Source: Selaginella moellendorffii
Lineage: Eukaryota; Plantae; Lycopodiophyta
Assembly (NCBI RefSeq): GCF_000143415.4
Contig: NW_003314271.1
Coordinates: 496,001 to 560,000 of the forward strand
DNA length: 64,000 nt
Reading direction: 5' to 3'
Positions 1-12,450 of this stretch are shown here, one piece after another (within the stretch, counting starts at the first letter, position 1; each line of letters starts with the position of its first letter). The notes under the pieces were generated by a model. That model had not been told where the DNA came from and made no database searches. It worked only from the letters and a program-made list of their open reading frames with translations. The translations under genes and the position numbers were made by a program.

Positions 1-35
1 CGTTTGTTTCTAATCCTTCAGGCCATGCTCTCCAG

Positions 36-318
36 GTCGCGGATGTCATCAAAGAGGATTTGTGGCCCAATCCTTTGAAGTACTTCAACAATGTATAATG
101 CTGTGCATTGCTTTCCAATTGCCGGTTCTGACGAAAAGTGGCAGGATGGCGACTCGGATGAATATGAAGACGAAGAAGAGGACGATGAAGACGGAACGGT
201 GAGCTTGTCTCAGTTTTTTTCTTTTTAATCACATCCAAGATCTCAGGGCGCAAAGCGAGTTGCCGATGGTTTTGAAGAAGAAGAAGAAGAGCCAGACGAC
301 GACGACGATGAGGAGTAG
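36..318 (+). CDS. NRP: NAP1-related/SET nucleosome assembly protein, last three exons (36-92, 145-198, 247-318); 5' part lies outside the window
   Basis: Spliced translation [19 protein letters not shown] + acidic tail [12 protein letters not shown]...[23 protein letters not shown] is the SET/NRP signature; GT-AG introns keep the frame. Confidence 0.85.
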
Positions 319-1579
319 AAGCTGGTGCGCGAGCGATGTTCATAGCTTGAGAAAAATGACCCGCAGCCATATTAACACTACATTTCCGTGAGAGACACAC
401 AGAGTGAGTGATAGCAAGTACGAGTTTCTACAGCAAAAGAAGGATTTTCCCGCGTAGGTAGCCTTTCCTTTTTTTTTTTGTTTAGTTTGTCCCCTCTTTG
501 GAAAAGTATCAGGGTTGACTTCCACAAAACAAAAAAGCTTCGAATTCTTGCACCGGCAACTTGAAGCTCACGAGATGAGATGATTGAATTGTTGCAGTAG
601 TGCCAAAGTCGCAGAAGACCTCAACAAAACCATTGAATCCTACCTTTTTTATGGTGGCCGTTGTGCAGGTGCGCAGAATTCTGAAACTTCAAGCTTGAAA
701 ACCCCCCGGAATTCAAAGTTAGTAGACAAACAAAGCGAGGAAATCACAGAATCGAGTCGCGATGGTGACGCAAGCACGAAAAGGTGACAGATGGGATCCC
801 AATTCACCCAATCTCCATGGCTACCGACCAAAACCCGCGCGGTCAACCACTCTGTGACCACGGGCCCTGCGAGTGTGAAAGCACTCCTTAGTCAACGCCC
901 ACACTGTCAGTCAATGCCTTGTTCGCCCTGACAGGAAAGGAAGCTCCCGCGAAACCCAGCCATGGAAAGCGAGCAGCTTCCACTCACCATCACCGACCAG
1001 ATCCTAAAACCTCCAAGATCAGCGGCGAACAAGCGAGGATGAGCGGCGGCCAGGAATTCCGTAGCCGGTGCACGTATCACAGAAAGCAAGAAATATTCCC
1101 ACGACAAATGCGAAACACATGCGCGAAAGAAAGCCCTAATCAAAATGCGCTCAAATGAACAGGGTTTAAAAGCACAAAACCCCACGAAGCTGCTGGCCGG
1201 TTTCACATTGCGAGAGTTCGCACTCGGTCTTTAAAGCGTGCACCCTCTCTCCCCAATCCCAAACAAAAGCAACGTTTTTCGCCAATCCAGCTGGCGGACA
1301 CGAGGAGTCGGGTCGAGACGAGTTAAAACGAGTGCCGCAAGCTATATCTCGGGTTTCTTGGCTGAGCGCCATATATACCATCGCAGCGCGCTGACTTGCA
1401 ACTCACATTGATTTTGCGCGAAGGTGGGGGTGGCTGACTTTGCCCATTGTTGGAAGTAAAACAGCGCGTTCGGCCGCCGCTGGAATAAGAATCGCCACCG
1501 AATTCTCATTCTCGCAGGGAGAGGAAAGATCCTCGCGACGACGAGGCCAGCTTCACAGGGGAGGATCGCGCAAGTAGGA

Positions 1580-2719
1580 ATGTTGGCGGTGATGAATCAT
1601 GACACGAGCGCGGCCGGAGCATCGTCGCTAGGCTGGAGCGCGAGCAGCATCACCCAGTTTGATTTCAACAGCATCGACTTCGCGGGGATCCAATCGCCCA
1701 AGGCGGAGGTGTCCCCGGAGTCCTCGTCCAGCAGCTACGATCTCTCGGCGGTGGTGCCTCCGCCACCGACATTCGCGATCGCGCCCCCCGCGCCAAGAAC
1801 AACGACAGCAGAGCAGTCCCCTGTTTGCGTGCCGGGCTCCAACCCTCGGCCGCGATTCCGGGGCGTGAGGCGGCGGCCATGGGGCAAATGGGCCGCCGAG
1901 ATCCGCGATCCCAAGAAGGCCGCCAGAGTGTGGCTGGGGACGTATGATACCCCCGAGGACGCGGCGCGAGCTTACGACATGGCGGCGCTGCGCTTCCGGG
2001 GGAGCAAAGCCAAGCTCAACTTCCCAAACGAGTCCAATCGCACCAGGAGCGTCGCCAGCGCCGGGATCGTCAAGTCCTCCTCCTCCTCGCCGCCATTCTC
2101 CGCCGCCAGCGCCAGCGCGGCCAATTCCTTTCGCGTCGGTGGCTCCATGTCGGGCAACTTCCATCTCCTGGATCAGATCCAGATCCGCGGCGGGGCCAGC
2201 AGCGATGGCGTCACCGCTGCCAGTAGCGCCAGCGCTGGCACCTCGCCATTCGCGTTCCAAGGTCTTCCTGGTTTTTCCGGATCTTCGCAGTTCCATTCCC
2301 CGCCACAGCAGCAATTCGAGACGAGTTCCAGCAATCCCAGCAGCTTGTGGCAGCGGCGATCCATCTCGGCCGCCATCTCGCCGCTCCAGACGATCAATCC
2401 CCAGCACCAGTACCATCGACACCACCATCTCTCACCACCGCCAACGATTGCCTCGTCCGGAGGAGATTCTTCGAACCTTCCAACGCCGTCCGCGGCAGCT
2501 TCGTGGCAGCTCCCACAGCCGCATCCGCCACAGGATATACTCTCGCTCGAGCAGATATTCTCCCAGTCCCCGCGGGTATACCCGGGATATACCGGAGAAT
2601 ATTCACCCGGGATGCTCCTCCGGATGCTCGAGGACCCGTCGCCCAGCCGCGCCCGGCTGGACCCCCCCGCGACCGGCTTTGCGGACGATTCCGATTCGCC
2701 CAGGAACTTCTTTCCATGA
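1580..2719 (+). CDS. AP2/ERF transcription factor (single AP2 domain, group X/ABR1-like), intronless
   Basis: [58 protein letters not shown]. Confidence 0.93.
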   Translation: MLAVMNHDTSAAGASSLGWSASSITQFDFNSIDFAGIQSPKAEVSPESSSSSYDLSAVVPPPPTFAIAPPAPRTTTAEQSPVCVPGSNPRPRFRGVRRRPWGKWAAEIRDPKKAARVWLGTYDTPEDAARAYDMAALRFRGSKAKLNFPNESNRTRSVASAGIVKSSSSSPPFSAASASAANSFRVGGSMSGNFHLLDQIQIRGGASSDGVTAASSASAGTSPFAFQGLPGFSGSSQFHSPPQQQFETSSSNPSSLWQRRSISAAISPLQTINPQHQYHRHHHLSPPPTIASSGGDSSNLPTPSAAASWQLPQPHPPQDILSLEQIFSQSPRVYPGYTGEYSPGMLLRMLEDPSPSRARLDPPATGFADDSDSPRNFFP

Positions 2720-2943
2720 TATGCGGTGTGCCGAAAAGATTCGCTAAAGGATTCGTTTCTTGTACATGACGGACAAGCAACATCAAATAGGCAAGAAAAG
2801 AGGAGGTCTTGGACGACACTTGACCAATCATAGATTCGATCAAATCGAGATTCGCCACCTTTTTGTATACTCCACCCTTTACCCTTGCCCTAATAGAACA
2901 TTCCCCGTATTGGTTTCTTCTTTTTAGGGCTGGATTGAGCGCA

Positions 2944-4838
2944 ATGGCGAAGGCTGGAGCGATGGATCTGGCGTCCGGGCTGGGAGGAAACCTGAGTCGC
3001 CGCGATCTGGCGTCATCGGTGGATCAGTAAGCGTTTCTTTCTGTCGCTCCGCGTGGATTTGGAGTGGATCCGGGCGATAGATAGATTGTAGATTGACAGA
3101 TCCGTTATTTTCTTGCGCTCACGCATTGCTGAGCTCGTGCATTCTCTTGTGCTTGTAGATATGAAAAGTATCACTCCTTTTATGGGGGCGAGGAGGACAA
3201 GCGCAAATTCAACTACACGGACATGGTGAGGAGCTTATCAAATGATTTGGACGAAGCTTTTCTTCCTTTTTCTAGTTTGTGCTGAACTTCTTCTTCTTTG
3301 GTTTTCTATCTATTTTACTGCTCAGGTGAACAAGTACTACGATCTAGCGACGAGCTTCTACGAATATGGCTGGGGACAATCCTTCCATTTCGCCAACAGG
3401 TAATGCGCCTTTGCATAATCCAGGCTTGAATCGATGGAGGAGTTTGCGGAAATGCTACAGGGATTAGCAAACTAGCCATGCGACTTTGATTGTTTCCATG
3501 TCGAGGACGTAAACTGGACGTGATGTCTCTTTGTCTCCAGGTTCCAGGACGAAACACTACAGGAGAGTATCAAGAGACACGAGCATTTCCTGGCGCTTCA
3601 TCTGGGCTTGAAGCCTGAAATGAAGGTATAGTTTGATGATTCAAAGGTGATCTATTTATCTATACGTAAACTTGACGAGGTGCTGGATGTCGGCTGTGGA
3701 ATCGGTGGACCCTTGCGAGAGATTGCGCGGTTCAGGTATCAGGCAGAGTTCTTTTTGACTGGGTTATCGTTTCACAGATTCGCTGATCTGCTTTCCTTTT
3801 CCCCTTTTGTGACTTTGCGTGACAGTGGAGCATCTATTACGGGTTTGAACAATAATGGCTATCAGATATCACGGGGGACTGTAAGTAGAGCTACGAGATA
3901 ATCTTCGTTTCTCGCTCTAAAGTTCTCGCTTGTTTGTCTTATAGGAACTCAACAAAAAGTATGGCTTGGATAAGACTTGCGATTTCGTCAAGGTACGTTT
4001 ACATGCTTTTTTATTTTTTAATTTTTGTTCGATGTCAAACCTTGCGTTTTGCAGGCGGATTTCATGAAAATGCCTTTAGCGGATAACACATACGACGCTG
4101 TTTACGCCATCGAGGCCACTTGCCATGCTCCAGATGCCGTAAGGTTAAATTTTTTCTTTCTTCCAACTTCTCGTGAAAACATTGCACAGGTCGGATGCTA
4201 CAAAGAAATCTGGAGAGTCCTCAAGCCCGGGCAGTGCTTCGCAGCTTACGAGTGGTGCATGACAGACGCGTATGATCCTCACAACGAACACCACAACAAG
4301 ATGAAGGTAAGCTTTCATCTCTCTGTTGTAAGTAATTCACAAGCTTCTCTCCAAAACAGGCCGAGATCGAGCTTGGAAACGGCTTGCCAGACATTCGAAC
4401 GACGAGACAATGCCTCGAGGCAGCCAAGGAAGCAGGATTTGAGGTATGGAATGTTTTCTCTACTTCTTCTCTCTTGATATGTCTCTTGGTTCTTTAGATA
4501 CTCGTCGAGGATGATCTAGCAAAGACATCCCCGCTTCCGTGGTACTTGCCGATCGACCCTGGCCGATTCTCCTTGTCGAGCTTCCGCCTAACTCGTCTCG
4601 GCAGATTCTTCACTCGCAACCTTGTCTGGGTTCTCGAGTCGATCAAAGTCGCCCCAGAGGGAAGCGGCCGAGTGAGCCAGTTCCTTGAGAAAGGCGCTGA
4701 TGGTCTCGTCGCGGGTGGCAAGTACGTAAAATTTTTCTCCATCTCTTGATTTGTTTCTCACTCTGGTCTCTTTCGTTTGCTTTTAGGAAGGAGATCTTCA
4801 CTCCAATGTACTTCTTCCTGGCTCGCAAGCCACTGTGA
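2944..4838 (+). CDS. SMT1: Cycloartenol C-24 sterol methyltransferase 1, multi-exon
   Basis: [15 protein letters not shown] start; [59 protein letters not shown]; ends [15 protein letters not shown]. Confidence 0.95.
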
Positions 4839-5196
4839 AGACGAATTCTCAGCGTAAAGGAGAGAACTTTTCTCTGGCTGCGAAGAACACCATTGATGAA
4901 ACGAAAGCGATCTATTTATGAGGAGTGAAAATAACAAGAGGTAGAACGAAGAACCTCGTAGCAAAACAGTAATTGTAATAAAAGGATGAGAAGATCTTCT
5001 GCAAAAATTGTTCCTGGTAGATTCAGATTCCAGGGCCCGGAAGGAAGAGAAGACGATGGATCACCCGACGAATTTAAACCACCAAACCATGGAAGATGGA
5101 GAAAAAAAAAAGAAAGAAAGAATTCGCTTGCCTGTCGATCTAATCGCCCAAGTGGAAGTAGAGTCGATCGATGCGACAAAGACGATTAAATCTTCT

Positions 5197-5706
5197 CTAG
5201 AAGCGCATGCCACCAGGACCCGAGGCTCGCTTCTCGTTGTTCCTTCTCGTCACGTAAACGTAGCCTCCACCGACCGCGAAGATCACGCCCGCGATCACCC
5301 CAAACGCGATCCCAGCCTTGGCTCCACCTGAGATCCCAGAGCTCCCACCACCACTGCTGACCCTGTCCACCGGCTGGTTCTCCGCGGCCGCGGAAGTGGG
5401 CGGTGATCCTGGCGGCGAAGAGAGCGGCGGGAAGGAATTGCCCGTGCCCTCGTCGCCATCTGATGGAGCTGGTGCTGGGGAGGAGAAGGGCGATGGAGAT
5501 GGCGACGGAGGCTCGGCGCTACCGCTGGAAGGGCCTGGAGCTGGAACTGGCGCGTTGTCAGGGTTTGAGAGCTCTGGAGAGGGCGCCGGAGAGAACGAGG
5601 AGGGGCCGGGCGCCCCGGCCGGCGGAAGCTGCGAGACGACAATGCCGGCGTGGAGGAGCAGTAGAATCGATGCGAGGAGGAGGAGAGGGACCGCTCCGGG
5701 CCTCAT
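5197..5706 (-). CDS. Pro/Ser/Ala-rich arabinogalactan-type protein with signal peptide, one TM helix and basic cytosolic tail (AGP57C/APAP1-like architecture)
   Basis: Hydrophobic N-terminus MRPGAVPLLLLASILLLL; SP/AP/PAP glycomodules; SGGAKAGIAFGVIAGVIFAVGGGYVYVTRR TM segment plus stop-transfer. Confidence 0.8.
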   Translation of the reverse strand: MRPGAVPLLLLASILLLLHAGIVVSQLPPAGAPGPSSFSPAPSPELSNPDNAPVPAPGPSSGSAEPPSPSPSPFSSPAPAPSDGDEGTGNSFPPLSSPPGSPPTSAAAENQPVDRVSSGGGSSGISGGAKAGIAFGVIAGVIFAVGGGYVYVTRRNNEKRASGPGGMRF

Positions 5707-6115
5707 GGCGCTGGATGATCCAAAAGCCCTACCTAGGGGAAAAGAAGGAGAATGCTTTCCGGGGAGCAAGAAATCCCAAACCTTTCGAGCGCGCTAGCTA
5801 GGATCTAGCGTTGTCACTGATCAGCCGCGTGGGTCTCGCGGCCAAGATCCAAAGATTCGCGCTGCGCGACACGGCGTTGAGATCCCTAGGAAGGAAATGG
5901 AGAAATTCGAGAGCGAGGCATACCGGAGTGGACGAATTCACGCTCGGCGCTCGCGAAACCTGGCCAGATCTGGCGACGTTGGCACCGCCCCAACCGCGTA
6001 CGCGAAAGAGGGTGAAGAACAAAGAATGGGCGCCAAAGACTAGTTAAACCCTCGCTAACCGAACGCAGTTAAAACTTAACCGCCACACTTAGGCTAAAGA
6101 AGGAGGAACCGCTAG

Positions 6116-6345
6116 GATGCTGACACGTATTCGCACAGCCTGGATGCCCTAATTAGGGCTGGGGTCATGGACAGAGCCACAGGGAAGATCTTGCTCGTAT
6201 GACGATGGAGTTTCATATAGCGGGATCTTGTGGAGAAATTGTCTCGCAGATTACGCTTGCATTGACCAGGGCAATGAACAGGCTGCCACAGGGCGGTGTT
6301 TGATCGCATCGCACGCCAGATCTTCTGTTGGTCCATCAATGATTC
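6116..6345 (+). pseudogene. Pentatricopeptide-repeat (PPR) gene relic
   Basis: DADTYSHSLDALIRAGVMDRA (P-type-like) and RAVFDRIARQIFCWS (PLS-like) separated by stop codons. Confidence 0.4.
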
Positions 6346-6818
6346 ATCGCTTTCGTCGACTGCACGAGTCGAATTGATCACTCCCTTGCGAAGCAATTGG
6401 GGCTTTTTTTTCTTGGATAGTTTTGGCGGCAAGAGCGGGGCATATCTCCGGAGATTCCTTTTTTTAAAATCGCCTTAAAGATTAGTATATTCTCCCGTGA
6501 ATTTTGGAGAGATGGACGGCTGCGATGCGCCTGATCTATCGAATCTTCAAAGAGATGGGCTGGCTGCGTGGAGGGACAACCGAACACTGTGGCCATGGCG
6601 GACGAACCCTAGTCTACAGGCACGAGCGCCTAGGGTTTTTCCTGGAGGAATGGGGGCGGGCAGGCGCGGCGGATCTCGGCGAGAGCTAGCGAGGTACGAT
6701 TGATGCCCGCATTGTCCATGACGCCGCCGCTCGGATTCGCCGTGAGCTGCTGCTCGATTCCAGATTCGTGTTGCCGGCCTATGAGCTGAAAGGAGCAGTG
6801 GTAGCGGCGGGAAGAACC

Positions 6819-8908
6819 ATGGGGCAGATTATCGACGAGGAATCGCCTTACAGCCACAGCCCAGCTCATTGGGCTGTTGCCCGAGGCGATCACGCGCTGC
6901 TTCGACGGATTCTCAATGGGCTTCCAAATCTCCCCAAGGCTGGAGAGGTGAAGCTCGAGGCAGAGTCACTGCGAGCGGAGGAGAAAGCCGAGGTGCTCTC
7001 TTCGGTGATCGATAGGCGCGATGTGCCAGGGAAGGAGACGCCACTTCACTTGGCTGTCCGGCTGGGAGACGCTACCGCAGTGGACATGCTCATGGCTAAA
7101 GGCGCCGATTGGAGCTTGCAGAACGAGAGAGGATGGAGCTCCTTGCAAGAGGCCGTGTGTACTCGCCAGGACGCTCTTGCGATGATCATCATCAAGTACT
7201 ACCAGCCTCTAGCTTGGGCAAAGTGGTGCCGGCGCTTGCCAAGGATCATCGGCTCCATGACGAGGATGCGTGATTTTTACATGGAGGTGACTTTCAACTT
7301 CGAGAGCTCCGTGATCCCGTTCATCGGCCGCATTGCTCCATCCGATACATACAAGATATGGAAGCGGGGATCCAACCTCAGGGCGGATATGACTCTGGCA
7401 GGCTTCGATGGGTTTTGGATCCAGCGGTGTGACCAGAGCTTCTTGTTTCTCGGGGACGGGACCCCGGACGGGAAGCTCCCACCAGGCTCGCTTTGTCTAC
7501 TGAATCACAAGGAGAAGGAGGTGATGAACGCGTTGGAGGGGGCCGGAGCTCCACAGTCCGAGATGGATATAGCTCAGGAGGTGGCAGCTATGTCTAAGAC
7601 GAATGTTTACCGTCCGGGGATTGACGTCACAGGGGCCGAGCTTGTCCCCAACTTGACTTGGAGGAAACAAGAAAAGGTGGAGATGGTCGGGCAGTGGAAG
7701 AGCAAAGTTTATGACATGCACCACGTTGTGATCAGCGTTCGCTCGCGAAGGGTCCCGGGGGCAATGAGCGACGCCGAGCTGTTTGGCGTGCACGAAGAGA
7801 GGGAGGAAGAGGACGAGGAGTATGACGATGGAGGGTATAAGGACTTACTCACAGAAGATGAGCAACACCAGCTTACGAATGCGTTGCGGGTCCAGAGTGG
7901 GGAGTTCGACGACGAGGGGTTTGTGGAGGCTAGATCAAGCCTTGCGAACGGTACGCTGGCGGAGGCTCTAGCGGAAGAAGACGATCACGAGGAACTCAGG
8001 CGAGTACCATCGAAGGAGAAGAAGAAATGGTTCCGGTTCCCGAAGAAGAACACCACCAGAGACACCACGAAGAAGGTCGTTCCGTACAGGGGTTCTGTTA
8101 ACATTGACGAGAGAGGACCAGCTGACAATGATCCGGACTCAAAGCTGTTGAGACGGCATTCGGACTTTATAGCGGAGGAGGGCATGTCAAGGAAAGGGAA
8201 AGAAAAGATTGGAAGGCAGAGCAGTAGCAGGGAAGCAGTTCGGTCCAAAGTTCCTGCCAGTGACGACACAGAGAGCGAATACAAGAAAGGTCTACGTCCA
8301 AGTCTGTGGTTAACGAAGGATTTTCCACTTAAAACGGAAGAGCTCATACCTCTGCTCGACGTTTTAGCCAGTAAAGTGAAAGCTATTCGGAGATTACGGG
8401 AGCTACTCACGACAAAGCTTCCGCCAGGAACTTTTCCTGTAAAGGTACGGACTTTACTTCGGATTTTTGCACTTTCTGGATTTTCTTGACTGTATTATTC
8501 TCTTTTTCTTTGCAGATGGCCATACCGGTTGTCCCGACAATCAGAGTGGTCGTGACTTTTAGCAAGTTTGTGGAGCTGGAACCCGAAGAGTTTCACACTC
8601 CACTGTCGAGTCCTAGCCAGTTTGATGACGAAGAGGTTCCTCTGAAGGGACCAAAGGCCCCTCGAGAGTCTTCGACTACTTCAAGCTCCTGGATTCCGTG
8701 GATAAGGAGCTCCCAGAGCACAGGGAAGGCGGTGTTCCTGGAGGACCATCTGAAAGAAGAGCCTGATCCTTTCCTCATTCCGGAAGATTACACTTGGATT
8801 GATCTCAACGAGAAGAAGAAGCGGATGAAGGACAAGAAGAGCAAAAGGAAGAAGAACAAGAAGCAGCAGCCTGATGCATCAGCTGCGGACACGGACTCTA
8901 ATCCTTGA
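6819..8908 (+). CDS. Ankyrin-repeat protein, ANKRD13/GPCR-chaperone family (exons 6819-8444, 8516-8908)
   Basis: YSHSPAH, ETPLHLAVRLGD, GADWSLQNERGWSSLQEA, DFYME, ADMTLAGFDG, LPPGTFPVK|MAIPVVPTIRVVVTF. Confidence 0.92.
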
Positions 8909-9294
8909 GAGGAACAGAGGTACGCTGACAGTTTTCTTATTTTAAGTTTCGTATCGCTTTCTTACGTTGTGATGAAGCAGGAACAATCACCATGATGGTC
9001 GCTTTCACGCAGGTTCCAAGCAGCATTGCGTGCGTTTCGTGTGTATACCAACTTTGTGTGAATTCTCAAAACTGGGGTCCGATTATTTGATCCCGAGCGC
9101 ACATCGCTGTCTGTCAGTAACTCCCAAAGCTTTGAAGCAGCTCCAGAAGAGTCCATAAATCGAGAGAATCTACCTAAGCGCTCTCCTTTCCATAAAATGC
9201 TCTGATCTCCTCTCTCTCTCTCCCTCAATCAATTCAGTGTCGTTGCTATCGAGTTCCTTCCTCTTTTCTCTCGTCTTTTTTCTTGGGGAGTGTT

Positions 9295-10892
9295 TCACTT
9301 TACGCCATAGTTGCTTGCAGGGACTTGCTTCTTGCGAGCGCAGACCATAATGTAAGAGTCAATTTTGATTTTCTGATAACTGACCAGGCCGCTCGTCTCG
9401 AACAGCTCGTCCAGTTCATCCTCAAAGAAAAAAATTTTGGTGCCGAAGATCTTCTCTGCGGCCTACACACGAGAAAGGTAAGGAAGTGATCGAATATTTC
9501 ATGAACTTGTATACCAGTCTCATAAACTTCTGCGTTGTTTGCAGCTTGGATTTCCATCTGGGAAGGAATGTGGTCGCAACCAGGACTCCTCCAGGCCGAA
9601 GAACACGACAGATCTCTGCAATCTGAGAAAAACGAGAAGGGAAAAGCTGAGATAAGTTTTTCTTTTTCTCTGGTTCCATCAAGTTAACGTATTACTGCAA
9701 TTGATGGCGACTCCCAGCAGTGCAATGCAGCTCCTGAATAGACGGCCGAGATGCTGCCCGATGCGAAAGGAAGCCTCGATGCATCAGCTCTGACGAGAAC
9801 GACTTTCCTGAAGAAGAAAGGATAAGGAGGTTTCAATCACACAAGAAGGACAGACGGCTCACTCGTTCCATGGAGATTGCTTCTCGTTGAGCAACGCATG
9901 GCACTGGATCAGCATTGCCTCGGAGAAGTCTGCCGCAACCACGGCGGTGAAGGTAGCGGACTTTGCAAACCGTCGAGAGTGGAGGCCGGTGCCACAGCTG
10001 ATGTCGACGAGCAGATTCTCTTCGTCGGGTCTGGAGGGATCAACAGCAGTTTGGAGGAAAGTCTCGGCCAGCTCCACCTGAAGAACAAAGAGAGTGAGTC
10101 GAGACGATCGCTGCGAGTTGGAGAGAATGGAGAAGCAACCTCTCTGTCGGGACCGGGGAACCCAAACTTCTCGAAGCTCTTGCGCCAGTTCTCCTCGTAG
10201 ATGAGAGAGATCCATTTCGTCCTGCGAGAAGGTAAGGTTTGATCATCACTCCAAGCGTTTGTTAGCGAGTAACTCTTTCTTTTTTTGTGTGGGCGACAAA
10301 CCTGAAGAGCCTGACTCCAATTGGAAGAGTCTCCTGCCAAGTGCTGCGATTGGCACCCAGCGTCAAATCGATGAAAGTTCCATCGCTGGGAAAGTCCTTG
10401 CTGCAAGTTTGGCACCGCAAGATTGACTTGGCGATTGCTGCGCTGCAAGAGAAGAAGAAAAAGCGATCGATCGATCGAAGAAGATAAGAAAAAAAGGAGA
10501 AGAGAGAGAGAGAGAGAGAGAGGAACAAAACTTACCGATTAAATCCTTGGGGTCCATGCCGGCTGAGTGGCTCCAAACATGTGGGGCAAGCAAGATTTCT
10601 TGGGCTGGTTGTCTGGAAAGAAAGAAAAGCAAGAAAAAGTATGAATTGAGTTGACTCAAGGGATCGCATTGCTAGAGGGAGAATGAGATCACACCTGAGT
10701 AGAGAGCGGCGGTGGTGGAGATTTTTGAGCGATAGCCATGAAGGAGACGAAGAATTGGACGCGGCGCCGCCAATTCCAGCGGGGCTTGTCTTGTTGGAGC
10801 CGGCAATTGCTGCTCCCTGCTGCCTCCTGGGGAACAAGAGCGCGGTTTAGTGTCGTCACTCTGGGGAGCAAACGCGCAGCAATGCCCCGCAT
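9295..10892 (-). CDS. Plastid-targeted UbiE-like SAM methyltransferase with N-terminal Zn-ribbon (At2g41040/At1g78140 family), multi-exon
   Basis: LACPTC...LRCQTC; YEENWRKSFEKFGFPGPDRE; VDISCGTGLHSRRFAKS; ADASRLPFA; RVLRPGGVLVATTFL. Start codon uncertain. Confidence 0.88.
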
Positions 10893-11535
10893 CAAATCCA
10901 AATGCTGGAGGAAGGATTGATTGGAGTGACAAGCCGAGAAGGAGATAATCTAAGACCAGCAAAGAGGAGGAGGGGATGAAGGATTCATCCGAGATCTATC
11001 CATGCTTGCTCTTGCTCGTGTTCTTGGCTAGTTTTGCTGCTAGCGCTGCCAGTGGTGAGTGTCACAGGAGAAAACAATATAGCAGTCGTCATCTGGGATT
11101 TTTTGCGCTACACACAAGTGTGAATGTGTGTGCCAATGAATGAATGAATGCCTACACAACTAATACTCTCTTGCTCATAGCTAGGGAGCTAAAATATCCC
11201 CTCTTTCTCTTTCTCTCTCTCTCTCTCTCTCTCATCGATCCCTCTCTTTCCATCTCTCTCTCTATCATCTCCTCCTCCAATCTCTTGCTTCTCACACACA
11301 TTGCAGAGAAAGGGGATTGATTGATTGATTGATCTCCCCTCTCTTTGTTTTTTCCTCTGCGCAAACACACCATAGCCAACAACCATTCACACCCAACAGC
11401 AAGACCACAGCACAAATCCGACAAAAATTCGCCGCAGGCTTTGCCTTGCATACCAGAAATCGTCGTCGTCGTCGTCGTCGTCGCCGTCGATACCAATCGC
11501 GAGCGCTATCGCTGCAAGGAAATTTCGATTCATCC

Positions 11536-11628
11536 ATGGATTGGCTGCCCACTCTTATACCACTGCCTCTCTCTCTCGCGGGTGGATTCTTTACCATTTG
11601 TTTCGCGCTATATTTTATGCGGCTCTGA
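11536..11628 (+). CDS. Candidate 30-aa hydrophobic microprotein MDWLPTLIPLPLSLAGGFFTICFALYFMRL
   Basis: First ATG (ccATGG context) after a ~330 nt ATG-free CT/CGT-rich leader-like region; no homolog recognised. Confidence 0.35.
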   Translation: MDWLPTLIPLPLSLAGGFFTICFALYFMRL

Positions 11629-12450
11629 GGGAAGTCCATCCCGCGATTGTCAGCAGCTGGAAGAGAAATTGTCAATGCCGCGACTAGTTTTTCTAGTGGA
11701 TTGTTTACTCTTTGCGGACCGATTGGATCCAGAACTGGAAAATCATACTTCTAAATGATTGACCAAGCGACGATCCCTCCATGAATCTCATGGGGATCCC
11801 CCGCGGCAAAAGGAAGAGAAATCGATTTGGGTGGGTCGAAACCGCCAAATTGGGCGCCACTGGGCGCCGATTCGATCCGATCGTCCGCTGCCTGGAGCGC
11901 GATCGATCATCAATCGACCAAGAACAAATAAACGCTTTCATAGAAGCCACTAAACTATGGAGATTGTACGCTCCCCACCATGATCCTCAAGATCACACAC
12001 CACACAAGGGTGGCTGGTGGAATAATAAATCACATATTCCCCGGATTTTGAATTTGAAATGGATGGATAGCGCCTTTGCCCATTTAAGGCACATACGCTC
12101 AAACCGTATCTATACTGTGGCTCATACGTCTCGGTCGTATAACGTTATTCCTCATTCAATACCGACGGCTCCGTACGGCAAGTGGGCCACCCTCTGGGCC
12201 AGGCTGGCCCATGGTCCAGGGCTCGATTCTCGTTAAGCTCGTGAAAGCTTGCGTTTGATGATTAAGCGAATTTTTAGTTTGGAGCTCATGTGATTGATTA
12301 ACAATGATAATGGTTTCAATATTACATACATACAACAAGCAGTAGTAGCACCACCACCAATGTAATAATTCGCTCTGTGTGTGTGTGTGTGTGTCAAAAC
12401 TTGGACGAAGAAGAACGAAAGAATTCCCTGTTTTCGAGTGTGGTTTCGCA

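Noticed and set aside
1628-2858. Long overlapping or antisense ORFs over ERF (likewise over the AGP-like, SUN, LD and last genes)
   Set aside because: Shadow ORFs of GC-rich coding sequence with no motifs.
11558-11580. miR408-like sequence CACTGCCTCT
   Set aside because: Only a 10-nt match and no complementary hairpin arm.
11781-12236. 151-aa ORF between the microprotein candidate and the protease
   Set aside because: No domain or coding-like composition; overlaps promoter/UTR-like sequence.
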